From the NCBI GenBank assembly GCA_965209205.1, contig CBDBQC010000002.1, positions 193,753 through 257,752 on the forward strand: a stretch of DNA of 64,000 nucleotides, in the 5' to 3' direction. The stretch's first letter is position 1; each line of letters starts with the position of its first letter. The notes under the pieces are model-generated. The model was given only the letters and a program-made list of their open reading frames with translations, had not been told where the DNA came from and searched no databases. Origin of the DNA: Dehalococcoidia bacterium (GTDB taxonomy: Bacteria; Chloroflexota; Dehalococcoidia; Bin125). A program made the position numbers and the translations under genes. Of this stretch, positions 1 to 9,531 are shown in pieces.

Positions 1-504
1 CGCCGGATCGCCGCTCAGGTGGCTGAGGCCGCTGATCGGCGTCAGCACCGCGCCGAAGCCCAGGAAATCCCGGTGCGGCCCCGTCGACCCCTGCATCGGC
101 TGGTAGGCGGCGATGATGCGCGGATTCACCGCACGCAGCGACGGGTAGTCCACCCCCCACTTCGCGACGACCCGCGGGGTGTGGTTGGTCAGGAACACGT
201 CCGAGCGCTCCACCAGCCGGTAGGCCACGGCGCGCGCCCCCTCGGCGTTCATGTTGAGCAGGAACGAGTGCTTGCCCGCGTTGAAGTTGTTGAAGAAGCC
301 GCCCGTGTTGTACGTCGCGGGTTTGTCGGGCGGGACGGGCTGCGTCAGGCGCAGCGCGTCGATCTTGTATTCGCTCTCGATCCGCACCACCTCGGCGCCG
401 AAGTCGGCCAGCGTGCGGCCGACGATCGGGCCCGCGCCGAACCAGGAGAAGTCCGCCACGCGGATGCCGTCGAGCGGTCGTTTGCCACCCCCCTGCGCCG
501 TCAT
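1..504 (-). CDS. CoA-transferase family III (CaiB/BaiF-like); 3' end cut by window edge
   Basis: Manual reverse translation from ATG at 504..502 gives MTAQGGGKRPLDGIRVADFSWFGAGPIVGRTLADFGAEVVRIE... This is the same N-terminal signature as the other family III transferases here. It has an ATGA start/stop overlap with the upstream gene. It is absent from the ORF track because it is open-ended. Confidence 0.8.
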   Translation of the reverse strand, partial: MTAQGGGKRPLDGIRVADFSWFGAGPIVGRTLADFGAEVVRIESEYKIDALRLTQPVPPDKPATYNTGGFFNNFNAGKHSFLLNMNAEGARAVAYRLVERSDVFLTNHTPRVVAKWGVDYPSLRAVNPRIIAAYQPMQGSTGPHRDFLGFGAVLTPISGLSHLSGDPA

Positions 505-1772
505 ATCGCCCCCTCCGCGACGTGGACGTCGAACTCCTCGCGCGGGATGCCGACCTCGTCCACCCACACCTCCAGGTTGTGCTCACCGATCGACGGCGCG
601 GGCCGCCGCACCGTCGCCGGGGTGGCGCTGAGCCGGTAGGGCGGGCCGGGCAGATCGGCCGCGGCGCCGTCCCCCCCGACGGGCAGCCGCCAATCGCGCG
701 CGCGGAGTTGCGGGCTCTCGCTCAGGTGCTTCGGCGTCGAGACCATCCCGATCAGCAGACGCCGCCGCTGCCCCTCTTCGTAGATATCCCGGCTGGTGCG
801 CGTCGCGAAGAACGCGGCCAGCGTGTCGCGCGCGACCGGCATGAGCGACGCGAACTCCAGCGCCTTGGCCGGGTTGCGCAGGGCCTGGACGGCCGTGGCC
901 ATGTTCAGGCCGCGGAACGCCGCCTCGTGCCCGGCGACCAGCTCACCCCCCGCCCCCTCCTCGACCAGCCAATCGACCAACTCCGACCACGACGCCCCCG
1001 CGGGCCCGCCCACCATCGAGTAGACGTAGCCGTCCCGCGTCGCGTAGGTGCCGACGCCGGGCAGCGTGGCGATCTCCCCCTGCCGCTCCCGCGACGTGCG
1101 CTGGAAGTCCCACTGCTGCATCGCGGTCTCCTGCGCGATCGACAGCGCCTCCTGCATCGAGACCTCCACCAGCTGGCCCTCGCCGGTGCGCTCCTTGTGG
1201 AAGACGGCGAGCAGCGCGCCCTGCGCCGCCGACAGCGACGCCGTGATGCAGGCCTGGTTGGCGCCCAGCATCTGCGGCGCGTCCGCCGGGTCGCCCGAGA
1301 GCGTCAGCACGCCCGACGCCGCCTGCGCCACGAGTTCCGTCGCCTGCCAGCCGGCGTGCGGCCCCTCCCGCCCGAACCCGCTGATCGACACGTAGACCAG
1401 GTCGGGCCGGACGGCGCGCAGCACGTCGTAGCCCACGCCCCGCGACTCCATGTAGCCCGCTCCGTACGACTCGAGGAGCACGTCGGCGTCGCGCGCCAGC
1501 GCGCGCAGCAGCCGCTGGCCGCCGGGCAGGTCCAGGTTGCACGTCACCGAGCGCTTGTTGGCGTTGAAGTAGCGCCACGACAGGCTCGTCTCCGGGCCCA
1601 CGACGTCGCCGGCGAAGGGTCCCACGCCGCGCGCGGGATCACCGTCGGGCGGCTCGACCTTGATCGTGTCCGCCCCCAGGTCGGCGAGAAGCCGCCCGGC
1701 GTACTGCCCCGGCTCCGTGCTCAGGTCCAGCACGCGGATGCCGTCGAGGGCGCCGCCGGTCGGGTCCGCCAT
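501..1772 (-). CDS. CoA-transferase family III (CaiB/BaiF-like)
   Basis: ORF 501..1877, trimmed to the internal ATG at 1772 (MADPTGGALDGIRVLDLST...GQYAGRLLADLGADTIKVEPP). Full-length family III architecture. Confidence 0.9.
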   Translation of the reverse strand: MADPTGGALDGIRVLDLSTEPGQYAGRLLADLGADTIKVEPPDGDPARGVGPFAGDVVGPETSLSWRYFNANKRSVTCNLDLPGGQRLLRALARDADVLLESYGAGYMESRGVGYDVLRAVRPDLVYVSISGFGREGPHAGWQATELVAQAASGVLTLSGDPADAPQMLGANQACITASLSAAQGALLAVFHKERTGEGQLVEVSMQEALSIAQETAMQQWDFQRTSRERQGEIATLPGVGTYATRDGYVYSMVGGPAGASWSELVDWLVEEGAGGELVAGHEAAFRGLNMATAVQALRNPAKALEFASLMPVARDTLAAFFATRTSRDIYEEGQRRRLLIGMVSTPKHLSESPQLRARDWRLPVGGDGAAADLPGPPYRLSATPATVRRPAPSIGEHNLEVWVDEVGIPREEFDVHVAEGAI

Positions 1773-1927
1773 CGCTCGCTCTCCGTTCGCCAGCTGCCCC
1801 ACGACCGGTGCAGGCTGCCACCGGCCGTGTGGGATGTCTACGGCCTGCGGGCGGTCGCGTCCAGCCCCACCCCTCACCGCCGCGGGGCGCTACGCTCTGC
1901 TTCGGTATCGGACCAGGGAGGCGCGAC

Positions 1928-2803
1928 ATGTTCGAGGGATTCACGGAGCAACGCATCGCGACGGGCGGCGCAGAGATCCACGCGGTCGTCGGCGGCGACG
2001 GGCCGCCGCTGGCGCTGCTGCACGGCTACCCCCAGACGCACGTGATGTGGCATCGCGTCGCGCCGCGGCTGGCCGAGGCGTTTACCGTCGTCGCGCCGGA
2101 CCTGCGCGGCTACGGACGCAGCTCGAAGCCGCCCGGCGGCGAGGGCTCCGCCAACTACGCGAAGCGGGCCATGGCCCGCGACATCGTCGAGGTGATGGCC
2201 GCCCTGGGCCACGACCGCTTCCTGCTCGCCGGGCACGACCGCGGCGGCCGCGTCGCCTACCGCCTTGCCCTCGATCACCCCGACCGCGTCCGCCGCCTGG
2301 CGACGCTCGACATCATGCCGACGCTCGAACAGTTCGATCGCATGGACCGCCGGGGCGCGCTGGGATCCTTCCACTGGTTCCTGCTGGCGCAGCCGTCGCC
2401 GCTGCCCGAGCGGCTGATCGGCGGCGACCCCGTGTCGTTCCTGCACGACATGCTGTCGCGCTGGAGCGGCACGGACGCCTTCGCGCCGGAGGCGCTGGCC
2501 GACTACGAGCGCAGCTTCGGCGACCCCGAGACCGTCCGCGCCACCTGCGACGACTACCGCGCCGGCGCGACGATCGACTGCGACCTGGACGCCGCCGATC
2601 GGGACGCGGGGCGCCGCATCGGCTGTCCCATGCTGGCGCTCTGGGGCGATCGTCGCGGAGACCGCCGGGCGGCCATGATGGAGGTCTGGGGGCGCTGGGC
2701 GTCGGACCTGCGCGGCGCCGCCATTCCCTGCGGCCACTTCCTGCCCGAGGAGGCCCCCGACGAGACGGCCGCCGCGCTGCTGGAGTTCTTCGGGGAGGGC
2801 TGA
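1928..2803 (+). CDS. alpha/beta hydrolase, haloacetate dehalogenase / epoxide hydrolase-like
   Basis: ORF 1808..2803 trimmed to ATG 1928, with GGAGG 7 nt upstream. Contains LLHGYPQTHVMWHRVAP...LAGHDRGGRVAYRLALDHP, the HGxP and nucleophile-Asp pattern typical of this subfamily. Confidence 0.85.
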   Translation: MFEGFTEQRIATGGAEIHAVVGGDGPPLALLHGYPQTHVMWHRVAPRLAEAFTVVAPDLRGYGRSSKPPGGEGSANYAKRAMARDIVEVMAALGHDRFLLAGHDRGGRVAYRLALDHPDRVRRLATLDIMPTLEQFDRMDRRGALGSFHWFLLAQPSPLPERLIGGDPVSFLHDMLSRWSGTDAFAPEALADYERSFGDPETVRATCDDYRAGATIDCDLDAADRDAGRRIGCPMLALWGDRRGDRRAAMMEVWGRWASDLRGAAIPCGHFLPEEAPDETAAALLEFFGEG

Positions 2804-2821
2804 CCCGCAAGCGCGTGCCGC

Positions 2822-3616
2822 TCAGACCACGGGCGACGCACCGCCGTCGATGTTGACCGACGTGCCCGTCAGATAGCTGGCCCGCGCCGAGGCCAGGAAG
2901 CAGATCACGTCACCGGCCTCGCGGGCCTCGCCGACACGGCCCAGCGGGATGGCGGCGCCCAGGCGCTCGTAGAAGAGCTCGGCCGTGAGCGAGGGGTCGT
3001 CGTCGCGCATGCGCTCGAAGCGGGCGTGGATCTGGCCGCTCTTGATCAGGCCGATGCAGACCGTGTTGACCAGGACGCCGTCGCGGGCGTAGTCGCGCGA
3101 CATGGCCTTCGTGAGGGCCAGCCCGGCCGCCCGCGCCGCCGACGTCGGCAGCGATCCGGCCCCCGGCGCCTTGCCGCCGGGCGTCGTGATGTTGATGATC
3201 CGGCCGCCGTCCTCGGCCTGCTTGAGGTGCGGCAGCGCCGCCCGGCTGCAGTAGATCGCGCCGTACAGCTTGAGTTGCAGGTCGCCGACCCAGACATCGT
3301 TGCTGACGTCCTCGAACTTGCCCGCCGCCGACGTGCCGGCGTTGTTGACCAGGATGTCCAGCCGGCCCCACTCCGCGACGACCTGCTGCACCATCGCCTG
3401 CACCTGCGCCTCGTCGGTCACGTCGCAGGGGATGGCGAGGACGTCGCCCCCGCCGGCGGCCCGGATCTCCGCCCCCGCCGCCTCCAGCACGTCGCGGCGC
3501 CGCGCGCAGATCGCGACCCGCGCCCCCTCCCCGGCCAGCGCCGTCGCCGCCGCCTTGCCGATCCCGTCGCTGCCCCCCGTCACGATGGCGACTCTGCCGC
3601 TCAGTCCCAGGTCCAT
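2822..3616 (-). CDS. short-chain dehydrogenase/reductase (SDR)
   Basis: ORF 2822..3616. Contains the TGGSDGIGK Rossmann motif and NNAG. Convergent with the preceding hydrolase. Confidence 0.9.
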   Translation of the reverse strand: MDLGLSGRVAIVTGGSDGIGKAAATALAGEGARVAICARRRDVLEAAGAEIRAAGGGDVLAIPCDVTDEAQVQAMVQQVVAEWGRLDILVNNAGTSAAGKFEDVSNDVWVGDLQLKLYGAIYCSRAALPHLKQAEDGGRIINITTPGGKAPGAGSLPTSAARAAGLALTKAMSRDYARDGVLVNTVCIGLIKSGQIHARFERMRDDDPSLTAELFYERLGAAIPLGRVGEAREAGDVICFLASARASYLTGTSVNIDGGASPVV

Positions 3617-3776
3617 GATCCTGCCCTTCGCCCTGCTGCCCGATCCGGTGTTCGCGACAGTCTAGACCGCCCGGCGCGGGCGCCCGGCCCGATGCCCGAC
3701 CGGCGCGGGATGGTACGTACGGCCCGGCGGCGCGACGATCGGCGTCGGCTGCGGGCCGCTCCGCCGCCCCGCACAC

Positions 3777-5273
3777 GTGAGCCAGGACCAGATGACCAGA
3801 CGCGCACGAGGCGACGAGGCGCAGGTCCAGGGCCCGGCCGTCTTCGGCGTTCCCTATCCGTGGCTGGCGCTGAGCCTCGTCTGCCTGGGCGTCTTCCTCG
3901 CCAACGTCGACACGTCGATCATCACCATCGCGCTGCCCACGCTCGCGCAGGAGTTCGGCGTCGCGCGGGACGAGGTGCTCTGGGTCAGCCTGATCTACAT
4001 CCTCGTCGGCACCGGCCTGAGCCCGATCATGGGCCGCCTGGGCGACCTCTACGGCCGCAAGCGCCTCTACGTCGTGGGCTTCGCCTGTTTCACGGCCGCG
4101 ACCGGGCTCTCCGCGATCGCGGGGTCGCTGCCGGAGTTGCTGGCGGCGCGCACGGTGCAGGCCATCGCCGTGTCGACGGTGATCGCCAACGGCGCCGCGA
4201 TCGTTACCGACAACTTCCCCGCCCCGCGACGGGGGCAGGCCCTGGGGATCATGATCGGCACGGTGGGCGTGGGGGTGGCCATCGGGCCGGTGCTCGGCGG
4301 CGTCCTGATCGACATCCTCGACTGGCGGGCCATCTTCTGGACCCGCATCCCGCTGGGCGTCATCGGGTCGCTGTTGGTCATCGCCTTCCTGCGCGACACC
4401 CCCGCCCACCAACGTCCCACCGGCCTCGACCTGCCGGGCTCGTTCGCCCTGTTCTTCCTGCTGAGCGCGGTGGTGCTGGCGGTCAATCGCGGAGCCGCCT
4501 GGGGCTGGGGCAGTCCGGCGATCGTCGGGCTGTTCGCCGCGACGGCCGGGCTGGTCGTCCTGTTCATCCGCATCGAACGCCGCTCCCGCAGCCCCGTCGT
4601 CGACCTGGCCCTCTTCCGCCGCGTGCCGTTCAGCGGCGGCATCCTCTCCGTGGTGCTGCAGTTCTTCGGCCTCACCGGCGCGATCACCCTGATCCCGTTC
4701 TACCTGGTCGACGCGCGCGGCTTCAGCACGCTCGAGGCCGGCGCGGTCATGGTCGGGTACCCCCTGGCGATGCTGGTCGTCTCGCCGCTGTCCGGGCGCC
4801 TGGCGGACCGCGTCGGTCCCCGGCCGGTCGCCATCGCCGGGCTGGTCGTCGTGGCGGCCGGGTTGCTGTCCCTGTCGACGCTCAGCGCCACGACGCCGGT
4901 CGCGGGCATCGTGCTGCGCATGGCAATCATGGGGACGGGCACGGCCATCTTCTTCGCGCCCAACACGATGGTGATCATGCAGAGCGTGGGGCGCGATCGC
5001 GTCGGCACCGCTGCGGCCGCCCAGCACACGGCGCGCACGATGGGCAACGCCATCGGCATCGCCGTCGGGGGGGCGCTCTTCACCTCCCAGGCCGCCCGCT
5101 ACGCCCTCGATCGATCCCCCCTCGGCCTCGACGACCCGCTGGTCTCGCCCGACGCCCTGGTCGACGGCATCCGGCTGGCCCTCCTCGTCGCGGGCCTCGT
5201 CACCGTCCTCGCCATTCCCCCCGCGCTCGCGCGCGGGCGCGCCCGGCCGCCCGGCTCGGACGCCACGGCATAG
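3777..5273 (+). CDS. MFS transporter, DHA2 (EmrB/QacA-like, 14-TMS) family, copy 1
   Basis: ORF 3777..5273 (GTG start; alternative ATG at 3792). Contains LDTSIITIALPTL and GRLGDLYGRKRLY motifs and is multi-TM hydrophobic throughout. Confidence 0.9.
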   Translation: MSQDQMTRRARGDEAQVQGPAVFGVPYPWLALSLVCLGVFLANVDTSIITIALPTLAQEFGVARDEVLWVSLIYILVGTGLSPIMGRLGDLYGRKRLYVVGFACFTAATGLSAIAGSLPELLAARTVQAIAVSTVIANGAAIVTDNFPAPRRGQALGIMIGTVGVGVAIGPVLGGVLIDILDWRAIFWTRIPLGVIGSLLVIAFLRDTPAHQRPTGLDLPGSFALFFLLSAVVLAVNRGAAWGWGSPAIVGLFAATAGLVVLFIRIERRSRSPVVDLALFRRVPFSGGILSVVLQFFGLTGAITLIPFYLVDARGFSTLEAGAVMVGYPLAMLVVSPLSGRLADRVGPRPVAIAGLVVVAAGLLSLSTLSATTPVAGIVLRMAIMGTGTAIFFAPNTMVIMQSVGRDRVGTAAAAQHTARTMGNAIGIAVGGALFTSQAARYALDRSPLGLDDPLVSPDALVDGIRLALLVAGLVTVLAIPPALARGRARPPGSDATA

Positions 5274-5336
5274 CACGTACGGCTCCGCGGCGCGACGATC
5301 GGCGCCTGCCGCGGGCCGCACTGCCGCCCGGCACAC

Positions 5337-6821
5337 GTGAACCGGGACCAGATGACCGGACGCCCTCGAGCCGAAGACGCGCGTGTCCAGGGACCGGACG
5401 TGCTCGGCGTCCCCTACCGATGGATGGCCCTGGCCCTCGTCTGCCTGGGCATCTTCCTGGGCACGCTCGACACCTCGATCATCAACATCGCCCTGCCGAC
5501 CCTCGCCGACGAGTTCGGCGTCGCCCGCGACGAGGTGCTCTGGGTCAGCCTGATCTTCATCCTCGTCAGCACCGGCCTGGGGCTGATTATGGGCCGCCTG
5601 GGCGACATCTACGGGCGCAAGCGCCTCTACGTCGTGGGCTTCGCCTGCTTCACCGCCGCGACCGGGCTCTCCGCGATCGCGGGATCGCTGCCGGAGTTGC
5701 TGGGCGGCCGCACCGTGCAGGCCATCGCCGCCTCGATGGTGATCGCCAACGGCGCCGCCATCGTCACCGACAGCTTCCCCGCCTCGCAGCGGGGGCAGGC
5801 GCTGGGCATCATGATCGGCACCGTGGGCGTGGGGGTGTCCCTCGGGCCGGTGCTCGGCGGCGTGCTGATCGAGATCCTCGACTGGCGGGCCATCTTCTGG
5901 ACGCGCATCCCGCTGGGCGTGATCGGGTCGCTGCTGGTGCTCGCCTTCCTCCGCGACACCCCCGCCGACGAACGCCCCACCGGGCTCGACCTGCCGGGCT
6001 CGTTCACCCTCTTCTTCCTGCTGTGCGCGGTGGTGCTGGCGGTCAATCGCGGCCAGGCGTGGGGCTGGGGCAGCCCGGTCATCGTCGGGCTGTTCGCCGC
6101 GACCGCCGCGCTGGTCGTCCTCTTCATCCAGATCGAACGCCGCTCCCGCAGCCCCGTCTTCGACCTCAGCCTCTTCCGTCAGGCGCCGTTCAGCGGCGGC
6201 ATCCTCTCCGCCGTGCTGCAGTTCTTCGGCCTCACCGGGTCGTTCACCCTCGTGCCCTTCTACCTGATCGACGCGCGCGGCTTCAGCACGCTCGAGGCCG
6301 GCGCGATCACCGTCGGCTTCCCCCTGGCGATGCTGGTCGGCTCGCCGCTGTCCGGGCGTCTGGCCGACCGTGTCGGGCCGCGCCTCGTCGCCGTCGCCGG
6401 ACTCGTCGTCGTGGCCGTCGGGCTGCTCTCCATGGCGACGCTGGATGCCGAGACCTCGGTCGCGGGCATCGTCCTGCGCATGATCGTCATGGGCGCCGGC
6501 GCGGCGATCTTCCTGACGCCCAACACGATGGTGATCATGGCCAGCGTGGGCCCCGAGCGCGCGGGCACCGCCTCGGCCGCCCAGACGACGGCGCGCACGA
6601 TGGGCAACGCGATCGGCATCGCCGTCGCCGGGGCGCTGTTCACCTCCCAGGCCGCCCGCTACGCCCTCGAGCGATCCCCCCTCGGCCTCGACGACCCCAT
6701 GGTCGAGCCCGACGCCCTGGTCAGCGGCATCCGCCTGGCCTTCCTGGTCGCGGGCGTCGTCGCCGTAGTGGCGATCCCGCCGGCGCTGGCGCGCGGGCGC
6801 GGCCAAGCCCCCGATCGCTGA
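5337..6821 (+). CDS. MFS transporter, DHA2 family, copy 2 (tandem paralogue)
   Basis: ORF 5337..6821 (GTG; alternative ATG at 5352). Collinear with copy 1. Confidence 0.9.
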   Translation: MNRDQMTGRPRAEDARVQGPDVLGVPYRWMALALVCLGIFLGTLDTSIINIALPTLADEFGVARDEVLWVSLIFILVSTGLGLIMGRLGDIYGRKRLYVVGFACFTAATGLSAIAGSLPELLGGRTVQAIAASMVIANGAAIVTDSFPASQRGQALGIMIGTVGVGVSLGPVLGGVLIEILDWRAIFWTRIPLGVIGSLLVLAFLRDTPADERPTGLDLPGSFTLFFLLCAVVLAVNRGQAWGWGSPVIVGLFAATAALVVLFIQIERRSRSPVFDLSLFRQAPFSGGILSAVLQFFGLTGSFTLVPFYLIDARGFSTLEAGAITVGFPLAMLVGSPLSGRLADRVGPRLVAVAGLVVVAVGLLSMATLDAETSVAGIVLRMIVMGAGAAIFLTPNTMVIMASVGPERAGTASAAQTTARTMGNAIGIAVAGALFTSQAARYALERSPLGLDDPMVEPDALVSGIRLAFLVAGVVAVVAIPPALARGRGQAPDR

Positions 6822-7238
6822 TCAGTCGCGCCGTTCCAGCACGACGACCGGGATCTCCCGGTCGGTCTGCGCCTCATACTCGGCGAAGAAGGGATAGCGC
6901 TGCTTCTGAGCGCTCCAGATCGCCTCGCGCTCCGCGCCGGCGGTCACGCGCGCGGTCACGGCCACGACCTCGCGCCCCACTTCGACCGTCGTCTGCGGAT
7001 GCGCGACGAGGTTGTGGAACCAGGCCGGGTGCCGCGGCGACCCGGCGTACGAGGCGAAGATGGCGAAGTCGCTCCCCACGGCCTGATACATCAGCGGGTG
7101 CAGCCGCGCCTCGCCGCTCTTCGCGCCCGTGCTGTGCAGCAGCAGCACCGGCGCCCCCGCCAGCGCCCCGCCGACCTCGCCCCCGTTGGCGCGGAACTCC
7201 GCGATGACCTGCGCGTTGAACTCGTTCGGATCCGCCAT
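6822..7238 (-). CDS. deazaflavin (F420)-dependent nitroreductase family protein (Ddn-like)
   Basis: C-terminal 138 codons of the artefactual ORF 6822..9401, starting at ATG 7238 with GAGGAGG upstream. Sequence MADPNEFNAQVIAEFRANGGEVGG...LLLHSTGAKSGEARLHPLMY..HPAWFHNL is typical of the family. Confidence 0.85.
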   Translation of the reverse strand: MADPNEFNAQVIAEFRANGGEVGGALAGAPVLLLHSTGAKSGEARLHPLMYQAVGSDFAIFASYAGSPRHPAWFHNLVAHPQTTVEVGREVVAVTARVTAGAEREAIWSAQKQRYPFFAEYEAQTDREIPVVVLERRD

Positions 7239-7358
7239 GGCTGCCTCCTCGGGTCGATCGGCGATGCCGTCGCCGGGCCCGGCGCCCAGTATCCCACGCC
7301 CGCGCGTCGCGCGTCGCGCGCCCTGCCGTATACTCCGCAGCGAGCCAAGGAGGCAGCG

Positions 7359-8249
7359 ATGACGATTGCAGAACTCGGGACGGCGCCGGCCACGGACAGC
7401 GTCATGTTGGAGTTGGAGAAGTACGGTCTCGTCCAATACGCGCTGGAACTGACGGCCTACGGCGTGACGATCATCCCGCCGGAGAAGATGCGCTCGGCGC
7501 CGGGCTTCGTCGACCGGCTGAAGAGCGCCATCCTGCGCGCCTGCGAGCGGCGCAACAACCTGGAGATCGGCGACCCCGACAGCTGCACGATGCGCTTCAG
7601 CACGCTCAACCAGCGCATCTGGAACCTGCTCAAGGAGGACGAGGTCTTCGTCGAGGCCGCCACCAACCCCTGCACCCTCGCCATGGCCCGCTGGCTGCTC
7701 GGCAGCAGCTGCGTGCTCTCCTCGACGAACTGGATCATCAAGCCGCGCAACCGCGCGCCCCTCAACCTGCACAGCGACGCCCACGGCATCCCGCCCGGCG
7801 GGGGCCACATCGCCCACACCGCGAATCTCTCCTGGCTCTGCACCGACTACACCGGCACCGACGACGGCCCCACCGTCTTCGTGCCCGGCAGTCACCGCTA
7901 CGGCCGTGCCACCCTGCCCCACGAGCAAGACCTCGAGACGACGCCGTTCAAGACGATCTCGCTCAACGCGAAGGCCGGCTCGATGGCGATCTGGCACGGC
8001 GGCACCTGGCACGGCGCGATGCCCCGGGAGGAGATCGGGCTGCGCGTGACGCTGGTGCTCAACTACATGCGCCGCCACATGCGCCCGATCCACGAGTGGA
8101 CCGCCGACGACTTCTCGCCCGAGATCCGCGCCAAGTACCCGGAGATCGAGCGCATCCTGCCGCCGCGCTTCTACCCCTGGGAGGACGAGAACGAGCACCC
8201 GGAGCGCGGCGAGGCCCTGATCCGCACCGGCGCCGACCCGTTCGCGTAG
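7359..8249 (+). CDS. phytanoyl-CoA dioxygenase (PhyH) family Fe(II)/2-oxoglutarate oxygenase
   Basis: ORF 6999..8249 trimmed to ATG 7359, with AAGGAGG upstream and a TATACT -10-like box at 7329. Contains an HSD...H facial-triad context (LNLHSDAHG ... WHGGTWHGA). Confidence 0.85.
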   Translation: MTIAELGTAPATDSVMLELEKYGLVQYALELTAYGVTIIPPEKMRSAPGFVDRLKSAILRACERRNNLEIGDPDSCTMRFSTLNQRIWNLLKEDEVFVEAATNPCTLAMARWLLGSSCVLSSTNWIIKPRNRAPLNLHSDAHGIPPGGGHIAHTANLSWLCTDYTGTDDGPTVFVPGSHRYGRATLPHEQDLETTPFKTISLNAKAGSMAIWHGGTWHGAMPREEIGLRVTLVLNYMRRHMRPIHEWTADDFSPEIRAKYPEIERILPPRFYPWEDENEHPERGEALIRTGADPFA

Positions 8250-8269
8250 GTGCGTTCGAGCAGGCCCCG

Positions 8270-9469
8270 TCAGACGCGGACCCGGTCGTCGTCCGGGTCG
8301 AGCGCCCCGATCGACGCCGCCATCTCGGCCGTGCCCTCGGGCGGGGCGGGCAGGCCCACCACCGCCGCCTCGATGGTCATCGCCGGGCGGGCCGTCGGTG
8401 GCAGGGGCGTGTCGTACTGGTAGCCGGGCTCGGCGAGTTGGCGCAGCCAAGCGCCGCGCATCTCGCGCCAGGCGCCGAGCACCGAGCGCGGCCGCGGCAG
8501 GTCGTCCGCGATCTCGTGGCTGAGGCGCTTCAGGTTGTAGCAGGGCACGCCCGCGTACATGTGGTGCTCGATGTGCCGCTCCATGTGCCAGTACAGGAAT
8601 GAGGACAGCGGATCGGCCTTGACCGTGCGGACGCAGAGCCGGAAGTCGGGCACGTTGTCGCGCAGGCCGGCGTGCTGCGTCAGCCCGTGGAAGTACACCC
8701 AGGCGTTGGCCACGAAGACGCCGCCGCTGACCAGGATCATGAGCCACCAGAGCTGGAGCGCGATCGACAGCACGATCACCGCGCCGTGGAAGAGCAGCAG
8801 GAAGCGCGCCCAGCGCACGGCCGCGCGGTACGTCTCGGGATGCACCTCGGAGAGCGCCGCGGTCCACTGCGTCGCGTGCACGCCGCTGTGTGAGCTGACC
8901 GTGTGCATATCGAAGCGTCCCAGCGCCGTCAGCCCGACCGAGCGCAGGAGCCGGAACATGCCCCGCACGTTGACGGTGCACATCTCCAGCAAGAGCAGCG
9001 GATGCAGCGATGGTTCCTTGGGCAGCAAGACCTCGCGGTCGCCGTCGGGGAAGAGCGTGTAGCGATGGTGATACGTGTGGCTCATCCGGTACTCGTTGTA
9101 GTTCCACCAGCCGGGGACGCTGAACAGCCGCATGAAGAAGCGGTTGAGCGCCGGCGTCCGGAACACGGTGCCGTGCGCCAATTCGTGCGTCGCGAGGCCG
9201 GGGAGGAAGGCGATCACGGCCCCGTAGAACCACAGCGCGACGCCGAACACGGCCCACCAGCCCTGCTCGAAGGCGACCGCCGTCAGCGCCCCCAGCGCCA
9301 CGATCAGCCCCAAGTGCCCCAGCGCGTGGGTGAGGCCCTTGCGGTCGCTGCGCTCCATCAACTCCCACAGCGTCGGCTTGTCGATCGGCGAGCGGTACCA
9401 CTTGACGCGCAGGCGCTTGCGCACCTCGCTCAGCGGCTCCCAGGTGCGGGTCGCGGTGGCGGTCGTCAT
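8270..9469 (-). CDS. membrane fatty-acid desaturase family protein
   Basis: ORF 8270..9469. It has three His boxes (HELAH, HTYHH, HIEHH) plus hydrophobic segments. Confidence 0.85.
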   Translation of the reverse strand: MTTATATRTWEPLSEVRKRLRVKWYRSPIDKPTLWELMERSDRKGLTHALGHLGLIVALGALTAVAFEQGWWAVFGVALWFYGAVIAFLPGLATHELAHGTVFRTPALNRFFMRLFSVPGWWNYNEYRMSHTYHHRYTLFPDGDREVLLPKEPSLHPLLLLEMCTVNVRGMFRLLRSVGLTALGRFDMHTVSSHSGVHATQWTAALSEVHPETYRAAVRWARFLLLFHGAVIVLSIALQLWWLMILVSGGVFVANAWVYFHGLTQHAGLRDNVPDFRLCVRTVKADPLSSFLYWHMERHIEHHMYAGVPCYNLKRLSHEIADDLPRPRSVLGAWREMRGAWLRQLAEPGYQYDTPLPPTARPAMTIEAAVVGLPAPPEGTAEMAASIGALDPDDDRVRV

Positions 9470-9531
9470 TGCCGATTCTCCTGTCGGTCTTGGTCTGGCC
9501 CCACGGGCCGGGACGAGGATAGCGCCCGCGG

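Larger units (their letters stand above)
3716..6821 (+). repeat. tandem duplication (unit about 1560 bp) of leader plus MFS transporter gene
   Basis: 3716-3795 and 5276-5355 align almost base for base (..acgtacggc.cgcggcgcgacgatcggcg..cacacgtga.cc.ggaccagatgacc). The two encoded proteins are collinear and about four-fifths identical by eye. Confidence 0.85.

Noticed and set aside
2910-7207. Giant ORFs 2910..6806 (-, 1298 aa) and 3026..7207 (+, 1393 aa) spanning the MFS genes.
   Set aside because: Their translations are Arg/Pro/Gly/Asp-rich with no recognisable domains. They run antisense or out of frame to two well-supported, hydrophobic MFS genes. This is the typical stop-codon-poor alternative frame of very GC-rich DNA.
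6822-9401. The long N-terminal extensions of ORFs 6822..9401, 20269..23010, 47478..49697, 34173..35408 and 24866..26077.
   Set aside because: Only the C-terminal segments match protein families, and these have an internal start with a good RBS. The upstream parts overlap other supported genes on the opposite strand and are compositionally artefactual.
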